64,000 nucleotides of DNA. Source: Phycisphaerae bacterium (GTDB lineage Bacteria; Planctomycetota; Phycisphaerae; UBA1845). Of this stretch, positions 19,827 through 29,328 are shown in pieces. The stretch is taken from NCBI GenBank assembly GCA_963666835.2, contig CAXXGO010000006.1:864001-928000 (forward strand). Direction: 5' to 3'. Position 1 is the first letter of the stretch. Each line of letters begins with the position of its first letter. The position numbers and the translations under genes are program-made. The notes under the pieces are model-generated. The model had not been told where the DNA came from. It saw only the letters and a program-made list of their open reading frames with translations, and ran no database searches.

Positions 19827-21425
19827 CTATTTGCATACTCCTTTGAAGCACCGGTTCGAGCAGCATTCGTCGTTCGACGAACACGATTCGCCGCGCGAGA
19901 GGCACGACGTGCATCCGGGGATCGGGGTGTACACGCACCCACTCACGGAATCGCACGTGTCCGTTGTGCATTCGTCGCCGTCGTTGCAGGTGATCGGATC
20001 GTTGACACACGTGCCGCCCGAGCAGCTATCGGTAGTGCAGGCGTCCGCGTCGTCGCAGTCCATCGGGGTGTTCACGCACAGGCCCGCGTCACACGTATCG
20101 ATCGTGCAGGAGTCTCCGTCAGCGCACTGCGAATCAAGGCTACACGTGAATGAACAGTCGATGGCACAGTTGACTTCGTCTTCAGTCCCTTCGCAGACGG
20201 CATCACCGCAGCACGAGCCGACCGCCGGCTCAGTGGTGCAGGTGTTGCCGCTCGCGGTGCAGCGCGCATCGCCGCAGCCGACCGGGTTCGTGCCGGCGCC
20301 GTCACCGCAGCAGTACCGGCCGCTGGGCTTGCCGCCCTGGTTCCCATTGCAGTCGGCCGGGCACGACAGGCAATCCTCCCCGTCGCCGATCTCGCACACG
20401 CCGTTACCACAGCTTGCTCCGCTGCCGGCAAAGCAGTCGGTGGGGCAGTTGTTGCAGTCTTCTCCGACTTCGCAGGTCCCGTCGGAGTCACAGTCACCCG
20501 TTCCCATGCAGACCAGTTGCAGGCCGCAATCCATGAGGTCGTCGCAGTCGGTGTAGCCGTCGCAGTCCTCGTCGATACCGTCATCACAGACCGACTCGTG
20601 CAGCGGTGGAGCCCCGCAATCCGTGAAGCAATCGCAGGCAATCTCACCCGGATCGCACACCAGGTCCCCGTCACAGACAACGTCCGCACAAAGCGGATCC
20701 GCCGAGCAATCCTGGTCGGTGCAATCCGGGAAGCCGTCACAGTCGTTGTCCTTGCCGTCGCCGCAGGTGGACTCGCTGACCGGAGGAGCTCCGCAATCGG
20801 CCGGACAGTTGCAGCCGTCTTCGCCGGCAAAGCACGTGCCGTTGCCGCACTGAATCGGTACTCCCGTCAACGTAACGGAATCGAAGAAGTGCGTCCGTTG
20901 CGTCTCCCAGACGATGTCGTAGCCGAACGCGACGTATACCGTGGTGAGAGAACTGACCGACAGGGTCCGCTGCATACTGAATGAATCCCAACCGTCCTCA
21001 GTGATGGCGTCGATGCGCTCTCCGTAGCTGGTCTGCGTAAAATCCGATTCCATGGTGGGCTCGTAGGGGCCGATGAACCCGATCGCGTACCACGACGTCA
21101 GGTCGTTATGGCCATCGGACCACAGGTGATAATTCAGCCCAATCGTCCACGTGCCGGCGGGGAGCTGCAGCTCACGCACCATGTAGACCTGGCCGTCGTC
21201 ATTCCTGCCGTCGGCCGTGAAATCAAGTGATGACAGACCATCCTGGGCCTGCTCCGTGGAGGGCCACACCGACCACGCGATGGGTGGATTGCCGATCCGA
21301 GCGCGCCAGGGCCCGAACCCGTCCTCAAAGGACTCGAAGATCGTGTCTGCGGTCGCTGGGGCCCCCGCCGTCAACAACCCGAACACAAACGCGATCGCGC
21401 AGATTGCTCGCATGCTTCTCAACAT
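19827..21425 (-). CDS. Secreted cysteine-rich repeat protein
   Basis: Signal peptide; CGNG.C...E.C..CP.DC, CxDGxDNDCDG and CDDxDxCTxDxC repeats; C-terminal knottin-like C-C-CC-C-C. Confidence 0.8.
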   Translation of the reverse strand: MLRSMRAICAIAFVFGLLTAGAPATADTIFESFEDGFGPWRARIGNPPIAWSVWPSTEQAQDGLSSLDFTADGRNDDGQVYMVRELQLPAGTWTIGLNYHLWSDGHNDLTSWYAIGFIGPYEPTMESDFTQTSYGERIDAITEDGWDSFSMQRTLSVSSLTTVYVAFGYDIVWETQRTHFFDSVTLTGVPIQCGNGTCFAGEDGCNCPADCGAPPVSESTCGDGKDNDCDGFPDCTDQDCSADPLCADVVCDGDLVCDPGEIACDCFTDCGAPPLHESVCDDGIDEDCDGYTDCDDLMDCGLQLVCMGTGDCDSDGTCEVGEDCNNCPTDCFAGSGASCGNGVCEIGDGEDCLSCPADCNGNQGGKPSGRYCCGDGAGTNPVGCGDARCTASGNTCTTEPAVGSCCGDAVCEGTEDEVNCAIDCSFTCSLDSQCADGDSCTIDTCDAGLCVNTPMDCDDADACTTDSCSGGTCVNDPITCNDGDECTTDTCDSVSGCVYTPIPGCTSCLSRGESCSSNDECCSNRCFKGVCK

Positions 21426-21992
21426 AAAACGCCTCCTTCGTGTGTACAGGCGGCACTTTCCGCCATCCGGAATTACCGTTCTCGCCGTTCGACCGACTCA
21501 ATGCCGCTCCCGGAAGGTGGCCGCGGATCTCAAGCTGCCGTTGGGCTGTGAGCAGTGTTGAACTCGCGGGATGCGAGGCACGGCTCAAGCGGTATCAGCA
21601 CACCCGTATCTGCGCACTACTTCCTCAGGATACGGCTCTAGAAAGGCGTCTGTCCCGATACGCACTTCCTGCGGCGCGGTCCAACACCGGTTACCGGCAC
21701 TGCGCCGCCTTCACAGAGACAAACCTACCGCCGGGTGCGATCCCCTGCATCCGCACCACATGGCCCTCCCCAGAAGCTGACGACCAGACGACGGCGACCC
21801 CGGTTCCTTAGTCTGCCGGAAACCGAGGGCATCGTATAATGCAACCAATCCCTCTATTAGGCAATCCGTATTCGGCGCCGGTTTTCGCTAATCGGGCACC
21901 GAAGAAGTCCCTCTCCAGGCGTTGGGGGGCACGGTTGCACGAATCGTCAGGCGGTCTATCATCGCGCAAGGTCAGGATGAGGACTAAAACAC

Positions 21993-22286
21993 ATGACATT
22001 TGACGAGTTACAGGCGATCATCGAGAAGATGTACAGTGACAAAGACAGAGCGCGGGGCACGCCGGCGACGTTTCTGTGGTTGACCGAGGAGATCGGCGAG
22101 CTGGCGTCCGCATTGCGCGAAGGCACTCACGCGGAGAAGTGCGCGGAGTTCGCCGACGTGATCGCCTGGCTGGTGACCCTGGCCAACATCAACAACGTGG
22201 ACCTGACCGAGGCACTCCACGCCAAGTACGGCAACGGCTGCCCGGGATGCGGGCATTTTGTTTGCGAGTGCGACTCCAAGCCCTGA
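21993..22286 (+). CDS. MazG-like nucleotide pyrophosphohydrolase
   Basis: WLTEEIGELA...EFADVIAWL; C-terminal CPGCG..VCEC. Confidence 0.85.
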   Translation: MTFDELQAIIEKMYSDKDRARGTPATFLWLTEEIGELASALREGTHAEKCAEFADVIAWLVTLANINNVDLTEALHAKYGNGCPGCGHFVCECDSKP

Positions 22287-22390
22287 TCGCCTCGCAAGAC
22301 CGCGTTTTGGTTCCTATAACCACCAACTGCAAATGCCGTCTGGGAAAGGCGTCTTTGTTGCGCGTGGTACTGCGTCGATGCTACTCTCGC

Positions 22391-22405
22391 CGGCACTACG
22401 CTCGC
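22391..22405 (+). promoter_or_regulatory. Possible sigma54 -24/-12 promoter for the cytochrome-hydrogenase operon
   Basis: CGGCACTACGCTCGC has GG-N10-GC spacing. Confidence 0.3.
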
Positions 22406-22597
22406 ACTCAGACTGTGATTGAGGCGATGTGCTGATGACGCCGAAACCCCGGATTTTCTTGAGTTCGGATGCTCCTCCAGCTATTATTGGTATTCATTAA
22501 GAGCAGGTACGCGGGGCGTCTTGGGTCGGTTTTCGCCAATCCGAACGGGGTGTCTCTGCAAATACGTTTTTGATGCAAGCAGCATGGAGTGCTGGTG

Positions 22598-25069
22598 ATG
22601 AATGACTATCCATTCCGGGTCGCCCGCCGGTTTCAGCGGGCCGGTTCGCTCGGAGTTGCCGTGGCCTTCGGTATCGTGACCCTTGGCGGGGTAGGCGCGG
22701 CACACGCGGCCGATCGCATGGTGTTATGCGAGGAATTCACGAACCAATATTGAGCGGCGTGCTCTTACGCGGGTCCCGCGTTAGGCTACCTCGTCGACAT
22801 CTACCCTGAGTCGTTCGCGTTCGTACAGTATCACATGTTCGACGACTACGATGACCCGTGGAGCGATGGTCGGTGGTCGTATTTCGGCGCCGAGCACACT
22901 CCGACGACCATCTTCGACGGGGTTGATTACGTCGAGGGCGGAATCAGCGATACTAACCAGCAGTATCACATCTTCCGAACCAACCACTTTCTCCCGCAGC
23001 GCGCGGTGCCGACGGATGTGACGCTCGAGCTGGCCGGTGAGTTCGTTACCGGGCAGACTTACCAGATCACGGCCACCGTGGGCATCGAGGCGGGGGGAAC
23101 GGGCAAGACCGTCCGGGTCTACATGGTGCAAGTTCTGGACCACTGGCCGGCGTCGCCGAGCTACTCGCGCAACACGTTCAAGCAAGCGGGCGACGTCAAA
23201 GAGATCACCCTCGCTCCCGGCGAGACCGATGCTGCGGTGGAGATGTTTACGTTCGACGCGGATAGCTGGGCGAATCAGGAGGAGATCCGGATCATCGCGT
23301 GGGCCCAGGCCGCGGAGGATGCCGGTCCGGTCGAAATGTACCAAGCCGCGGTTCTGAACTGGCCGCTGGTCTCCGCCCCCGGCGACGCCGACGGTGATGG
23401 CATTCTGGACGGGGCGGACAACTGCCCGCAGCACTACAACCCGACCCAGGACAACGGCGACACCGACGATTTCGGCGACGTGTGCGACAACTGCGATACG
23501 ACGGACAATGCGGACCAGGACGATGGTGACGACGACAGCGTCGGCGATGCCTGTGACAACTGTCCGGCACTACATCATCTCGATCAGGGCGATAACGACG
23601 GCGACGGGGTCGGTAATCCGTGCGACTGGTGCCCCGACGTTTCCGCTCCCGGCGGGGTGGACGAAGACGGGCGTTCCCTGGGAACGATCGACCTCGATTG
23701 CGACGTGGACGGCGACGACCTGGCCCTGTTCAACGGGTGTTTCACCGGTCCGGATATCACGGAACCGCCTCCGGGATGTGATCCGGCCGATTTCGCCCGG
23801 GCGGATCTCGACGGAGACATTGACGTCGACCTGGGCGACCGGGCGATCTTCGATCAGAACTACACCGGCCCGCTGGTCGGGCCGGCGTTGTACACCGGGT
23901 CCACCGCCTGTTCTACTTGCCACTCGACGAATCACACGGAATGGGCCGAGACCATCCACGCCACCGCGTTCGATACACTGGTAGCGAGCGGAGACGGAGA
24001 CAACCCCTTGTGCTTCCCGTGCCACACGGTGGGGTACGCGGAGGCGAGCGGTTTCGTCGACTTGGCCACCACACCGCAACTTGCGGACGTTCAATGTGAA
24101 AACTGCCATGGAGCCGGCAGCAACCACATCGCGTCTCCCGGCAGCGCGTCGATGACGATTGACCTGGCCTCGAACCTCTGCGGAGCGTGCCACCAGTCAT
24201 GCCACGGGTTGTGCGGGGACGATCACCATCCCCAGTTCGAACAATGGTCGGAGTCCAAGCACTCCACGGCGCTGAGCGACATTCAGTGGGAGCCCGGCAC
24301 GGTTGCAGAGTGCCTCGAATGTCACTCCACGGACTACCGCATGGCCCCCGCAGGGGATAAGCCCGGCCTGTTCGAAGTAGTGTTCGATCTAGAGTGCGTG
24401 GCCTGCCACGACGCTCACGGAGGGCCCAACGTCGGCCAGCTTCGCCTGCCGCCGCGGCAGTTGTGTGCCGAGTGCCACACCACCGGCGTGGTGGTGCCCG
24501 GCGAAGAGCCCGAGCAACCGCAACTCGAAGCCCTGCACGGGGAAGGCGGCTTCAAGCTGGACGGCACCTCGTTGAAAGGGCCTTATACCGAGCACTGGTG
24601 GGGAATCCCGACGGAATGCGCCGCCTGCCATGTGTTCGCCGAGCCCTACGGCGGGCCGGATCAGCCGGTCAACAGCGGGCACACCTTCGAAGCGAACCGG
24701 CGGGCTTGCGGCCCGTGCCACACGGAAGAATCCGCCAACGCCCTGCTGGGCATGTTGCAGGGAGAGATCTCGGCACGCCTGGCGGGCATCGCCCATTACT
24801 TCGATCCTGGTGATCCGCTGTATGTTGACCCGGCGACCCTGACCCCGGAGCAGTTGGCCCGGTACAACGTTGCCAAGTTCAACTACGAGTTCGTGATCGC
24901 GGACAGGTCCCACGGCGCGCACAATCCCGGCTACGCCCGGGCGTTGCTGGCCCAGACTGAGTTCTTTTTCGGGATCACACCCTGGTTGCTTCAACCGGGA
25001 GGAGACGATATTCCCGCGCCGGCCGACGGTGTTCTGGAGATTGCAGAAGGAGCGGAGGTGGGCCGATGA
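22598..25069 (+). CDS. Predicted selenoprotein (823 aa, Sec52): signal peptide, UxxC Omp28/thioredoxin-like domain, TSP3 repeats, dockerin-like domain, nine-heme cytochrome c
   Basis: ATG 22598 is in frame with the listed ORF 22835-25069 through a single TGA (22751-22753): MVLCEEFTNQY-U-AAC-SYAGPAL; nine CxxCH motifs; stop overlaps next start (ATGA). Confidence 0.85.
22754..22787 (+). promoter_or_regulatory. Bacterial SECIS-like hairpin
   Basis: ACGCGG-GTC-CCGCGT stem (22767-22781); GGTC apex follows the TGA after an 18-nt spacer. Confidence 0.75.
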
Positions 25070-26058
25070 GGATCACTCGACGTGAGTTCCTGAAAGCGGC
25101 TGCGGCCATGGTCGCGGCGGGGAAGATGGCTCCCGTAGCATTCGCGAACCTGCAGGAGACTCTGCGGGGCGAAGGCGCGCCACGAGTCATCTGGCTGCAA
25201 GGGGCGGGTTGCGACGGATGTGCGATCTCGCTGTTGAATTCCGTGCATTACACGACGGTCGACGACCTGCTGGTCAACACGATCGATCTGGAGTTCCAAA
25301 ACAACCTCATGGCCGCGGCCGGTGATCTTGCGGTATCGATCGCGCAAGCCGCCGCCGCCGAGCCCGGCTATATCCTAATCGTTGAGGGGGCCGTCCCCAC
25401 CGGAGCGAGCGGCCAGTATTGCCGGCTGTGGTCGGGAATGACGATGCACAGTGCCCTGCTCGCGTACGGCCCGGACGCCGGCAGTATTATCGCGTTGGGG
25501 GCTTGCGCATCGTTCGGGGGGGTCTCGGGTGGGGCGCCGAACCCGACCGACGCCCAAGGTGTGGGCGACATCATCGGAGACGACCCGCGGTTGATTAACA
25601 TCCCAGGTTGTCCGGCCCACCCCGATTGGCTTGTGGGCACTCTGACGTACCTGCTGACCACGGGGCATACTCCGCCGTTGGATGAGTATCACCGGCCTTT
25701 GGAGTATTTCGGCAAGCGGATTCACGACAACTGCTTCAAGCGGCGCGAGTATTGCGGTACCGGGGTTTTTGCCTCCAACCTCAGCGAAGAGGGCTGCATG
25801 GAGTTCCTCGGCTGCAAGGGCAAGAAGACCTACGCTGATTGCCCGATCCGCAAGTGGAACAGCGGTGAAGAGGGCGGCAGCGGTGTGAACTGGTGCATCG
25901 GGGCGCGGAGTCCGTGTCTTGGTTGCGTGGAGCCCACTTTCCCGGACGGGATGTCTCCGTTCTACGTGTATTCGCCTACCCCGGAGAAACTCGAGGGGGG
26001 CGCCGGCTCCGAAACGCTGCAGACCAAACCGCAATCGATTGACAAGAAGCCGAGTTGA
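25066..26058 (+). CDS. [NiFe] hydrogenase small subunit, Tat-exported, group 1a-like
   Basis: TRREFLK Tat motif; CDGC, GAC, PGCP, HDNC, GCKG, NWC...PCLGC; no C-terminal TM anchor. Confidence 0.93.
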   Translation: MRITRREFLKAAAAMVAAGKMAPVAFANLQETLRGEGAPRVIWLQGAGCDGCAISLLNSVHYTTVDDLLVNTIDLEFQNNLMAAAGDLAVSIAQAAAAEPGYILIVEGAVPTGASGQYCRLWSGMTMHSALLAYGPDAGSIIALGACASFGGVSGGAPNPTDAQGVGDIIGDDPRLINIPGCPAHPDWLVGTLTYLLTTGHTPPLDEYHRPLEYFGKRIHDNCFKRREYCGTGVFASNLSEEGCMEFLGCKGKKTYADCPIRKWNSGEEGGSGVNWCIGARSPCLGCVEPTFPDGMSPFYVYSPTPEKLEGGAGSETLQTKPQSIDKKPS

Positions 26059-26106
26059 AACACCGGCTGGTGAGCTAAGAAGCCCTAGTCATTTGGGGAG
26101 AGATAT

Positions 26107-27555
26107 ATGGCGACGACGATCACAATTGACCCGGTAACCCGCATTGAGGGCCACCTCGAGATCGAAGTGACCGTCGATCTGGTCGGCGGTGACCAGCAGG
26201 TCATCTCCGCCAAGAGCGTGGGGAAGATGTTCCGCGGGTTCGAGATGATCCTGGCCGGTCGGGACCCGCGCGATGCCGCGCAATACACCCAACGCATTTG
26301 CGGAGTGTGTCCGGTGTCTCATGCGATGGCCTCGACCAGGACGCTGGACAACGCCTTTGGGGTCACTCCCCCGGACAACGGCCGGATCGTGCGCAACTTG
26401 ATCCTCGGGGCGAACTTCATCCAATCCCACGTGTTACACTTCTACCACCTTTCGGCGGTAGACTTCATTGATACGACGGGACTGCTGGATCTTTCGCCGT
26501 GGGCTCCGCGCTACGTCACTGCGGACATGGCGACCGGGGCTACGGCCGGCACGCTGGTGAACAACTACCTCGCGGCACTTGCTATCCGACGTAAGGCGCA
26601 TCAGATGGGGGCTATTTTCGGAGGCAAGCTCCCGTGTACCGGTTCTTTTGTGGTCGGTGGGGTCACTGAAGTAGTCAGCGCGGAGAAGATCGCCGAGTTT
26701 AGGAGTCTCCTGACGGAAATTCGCAGCTTCATCGATAACGTGTATATAGCGGATGCCACGACGGTGGCAGGTCTGTTCCCGGATTACTACTCGCTTGGTG
26801 TCGGAAACGGCAATCTGCTTGCCTATGGCGCTTTCGACCTTAACTCCGCGGGCACCAGCAGACTCTTCGCAAGCGGGCGGCGTACGGACGGCTCGGCGCA
26901 AGCGATGGACCCGGCCGACATAACCGAACGGGTAACGTATTCGTGGTATACGCCGGCCTGCGACGACCTTAACCCCGCCGCCGGCGCGACGGAGCCGGAC
27001 GCCGCCAAGCCCGGGGCCTATTCCTGGATGAAGGCCCCGCGCTATCTGAATAAGGCGCACGAACTGGGACCGCTGGCGCGGATGTGGATCAACGGGTATT
27101 ACACCAACGGCGTATCCGTGCTCGATCGGATCGTAGCCCGGGCGCAGGAGGCGAAGCTGATTGCCGATACGATGGACGGCTGGCTGGATCAACTGGTTCC
27201 GGGCGATCCGGTTTATCAGTCCAGTTCGATTCCAACTACCGCCAGTGGAGTGGGGCTGACGGAGGCGCCTCGCGGAGCGCTGGGGCATTGGATGGACATC
27301 GATAGCTCGGTGATTTTGCGTTATCAAGTGGTTACGCCGACCAATTGGAATGCCTCGCCGCTGGACCATCTGAATCAACCGGGTCCGATCGAAGCGGCGC
27401 TGGTGGGTACTCCCGTTGCGGATATGAGCCAGCCGATCGAGGTTCTGCGCGTGGTTCACTCCTTCGACCCGTGCCTGGCTTGTGCGGTCCACATGGTCCG
27501 GCCGGACGATCGATCGAAGGGTTCGAGAATAGTGATTCAGCCGGGTATCGCCTGA
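26107..27555 (+). CDS. [NiFe] hydrogenase large subunit
   Basis: IDPVTRIEGH, RICGVC (L1), EAPRG.LGHW, DPCLACAVH (L2) plus cleavable C-terminal tail. Confidence 0.96.
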   Translation: MATTITIDPVTRIEGHLEIEVTVDLVGGDQQVISAKSVGKMFRGFEMILAGRDPRDAAQYTQRICGVCPVSHAMASTRTLDNAFGVTPPDNGRIVRNLILGANFIQSHVLHFYHLSAVDFIDTTGLLDLSPWAPRYVTADMATGATAGTLVNNYLAALAIRRKAHQMGAIFGGKLPCTGSFVVGGVTEVVSAEKIAEFRSLLTEIRSFIDNVYIADATTVAGLFPDYYSLGVGNGNLLAYGAFDLNSAGTSRLFASGRRTDGSAQAMDPADITERVTYSWYTPACDDLNPAAGATEPDAAKPGAYSWMKAPRYLNKAHELGPLARMWINGYYTNGVSVLDRIVARAQEAKLIADTMDGWLDQLVPGDPVYQSSSIPTTASGVGLTEAPRGALGHWMDIDSSVILRYQVVTPTNWNASPLDHLNQPGPIEAALVGTPVADMSQPIEVLRVVHSFDPCLACAVHMVRPDDRSKGSRIVIQPGIA

Positions 27556-27592
27556 CCGGGTCGGCCGGCTGATGGTGTAGGTTCTAACTGAC

Positions 27593-28138
27593 ATGATCTT
27601 GCCACCACGACAAACCGAACGCGCCCGCGTGGAGAAGTGTCCGGTCCTCATTCTGGGCGTGGGCAACATCCTGATGCGCGACGAGGGCGTGGGCGTGCGG
27701 GTAATAGAGGCGATGGGAGAACGCCCGATCCCGCCCGGCGTCGAGTTGTTCGACGGTGCCACGGCCGGGATCGATCTGCTCGATGCCCTGGCCGATCGGC
27801 GCAAGGTCATCGTGATCGATGCGATGGACGGACATTGCGAGCCGGGCACCGTACTGCGGCTGTGTCCGGAGGATCTGACTCCCAGCCCCGGGCAGAGCGT
27901 CTCGTTGCACGAGGTCGGCTTCCTGGAAACTCTGACAATTGCCGGGCGGCTTGGCGCCGCTCCGGAGGAAGTGGTTATCTACGGCGTCCAACCCCAAGTG
28001 GTGGAGTGCGGATTGGATCTGTCCCCCGAGATCTCGCGGTTGGTCCCGCGGATCATCGAGCTGGTGATGGCGGATGTGGATAGTGGCGTGTGCGGCTCCG
28101 TTCCGCGGCAAGAGCCGGAAAGAGAAAGCTCATTATGA
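27593..28138 (+). CDS. Hydrogenase maturation protease (HyaD/HybD family)
   Basis: LGVGNILMRDEGVG, DGATAG, IDA, SLHEVG. Confidence 0.93.
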   Translation: MILPPRQTERARVEKCPVLILGVGNILMRDEGVGVRVIEAMGERPIPPGVELFDGATAGIDLLDALADRRKVIVIDAMDGHCEPGTVLRLCPEDLTPSPGQSVSLHEVGFLETLTIAGRLGAAPEEVVIYGVQPQVVECGLDLSPEISRLVPRIIELVMADVDSGVCGSVPRQEPERESSL

Positions 28139-29286
28139 AGCGTTTGGCACTTTCATCGATAGTCCTTTTGGCAGCGCTGGGTTTCTCCGGAACGGCTTGG
28201 GCGGAGCCCGCGTGGGGCGTCAACTGTTTGAGTTGTCACGGTGGCTGGCAGACCGACACGGTGTTCATCTTGAACGAAGACGGGACGGCCGATCCCGACG
28301 AGAGCGCCACCGGCGCACCGGATCGCGGGAGCCTTCCCGTTTTCATGGCTTCCCCGGGTGACACCAAGACGCTGGAGATGGAGCTGGTCGGGCTGTCCCC
28401 CGAAGATACTTATGCGGTCGAGCTCAAGCGGCTGCGTTTCCTCGGAGTTGTCTCCGGCAAAGAGCTGACGTACACCGGTGATTGTGCGTGGCCTTACTGG
28501 GGCGAGCCCGGAAAATACTTCACAGAACCGCCGATTAGCTATGAATGGGGCTCAGATCCGACAGCATTCAGCTTCGATCTGACCGTGCAACCGGATGCAC
28601 CCTACGACTACTATGACCTGGTTTTCGCGGTAGCGGGCAAATGGGCGGCCGACGGCGGCCTTTTCTATGATGAGCAGCATTTCTATCTGCGCGTGACCGA
28701 GATACCTTCGGCCCCTCTGGCTATCGATGAGCCCAAGAACCGGTACATCTCCTTCAATGCCCAGGCCGTGGGTACGTCAGCCATCCAAGTGGAATTGGTG
28801 GCCAGCGATCCGTTCCCGGGTTCCAGCGGAATGCTCGGCTGGGTGGAGGAGCCGGACGCAAACGGTCTGGCCGGTATTGGGGATACTCCGGTCTTCCGCA
28901 CTTGGGATGAATCGGCCGTTCACATTGGTGACTGCGGAATCGTGCCGGGATCCGAATACCAACTCCGGGCTTCATTCGACGGAGAGACGATGTCCGATCC
29001 GACAACGGTTAACACGGCGGACGTACCGGCTCCGAAGTATTGGGCGGACATGGTCGGCGGGTTCGTCGGCGATGCGTGGTTGGGCCCGAACGGGATCGTC
29101 AACATGAGCGACATCCAGGCGGCCCTGCAGCGTTTCTCCGGGTCCCCGAGTGCCCCGCCGTTGACCTGGGTCGATCTCGACAGCGAAACGCCCAACGGTC
29201 TTATTAATATGACGGATATTCAGCAAGCGGTCGGCGGGTTCAAAGGCATGCCGTACCCGTTCGGCGATCCGGTATCCTGCCCGTAA
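28135..29286 (+). CDS. Secreted mono-heme (CxxCH) protein with C-terminal dockerin-like repeats
   Basis: ATG 28135 overlaps the protease stop; signal peptide ending AWA; CLSCH near mature N-terminus; PNGIVNMSDIQ / PNGLINMTDIQ. Confidence 0.75.
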   Translation: MKRLALSSIVLLAALGFSGTAWAEPAWGVNCLSCHGGWQTDTVFILNEDGTADPDESATGAPDRGSLPVFMASPGDTKTLEMELVGLSPEDTYAVELKRLRFLGVVSGKELTYTGDCAWPYWGEPGKYFTEPPISYEWGSDPTAFSFDLTVQPDAPYDYYDLVFAVAGKWAADGGLFYDEQHFYLRVTEIPSAPLAIDEPKNRYISFNAQAVGTSAIQVELVASDPFPGSSGMLGWVEEPDANGLAGIGDTPVFRTWDESAVHIGDCGIVPGSEYQLRASFDGETMSDPTTVNTADVPAPKYWADMVGGFVGDAWLGPNGIVNMSDIQAALQRFSGSPSAPPLTWVDLDSETPNGLINMTDIQQAVGGFKGMPYPFGDPVSCP

Positions 29287-29328
29287 CCAAATGGGGATTG
29301 CCGAGCGGAAGGTAGTGGCAGAATCCAA

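Noticed and set aside
18778..20556. 592-aa plus-strand ORF and similar long ORFs (16622-17908, 26434-27849, 35209-36336)
   Set aside because: Antisense shadows of well-supported genes in GC-rich DNA, with no recognisable motifs.
24178..24216. Tenth heme site in CGACHQSCHGLC
   Set aside because: The CX3CH reading shares a Cys with canonical motif 4, so it was not counted; the role of the extra Cys/His is unknown.
26107..27555. [NiFeSe] hydrogenase
   Set aside because: The L2 motif is DPCLAC encoded with TGC; the large subunit has no in-frame TGA.
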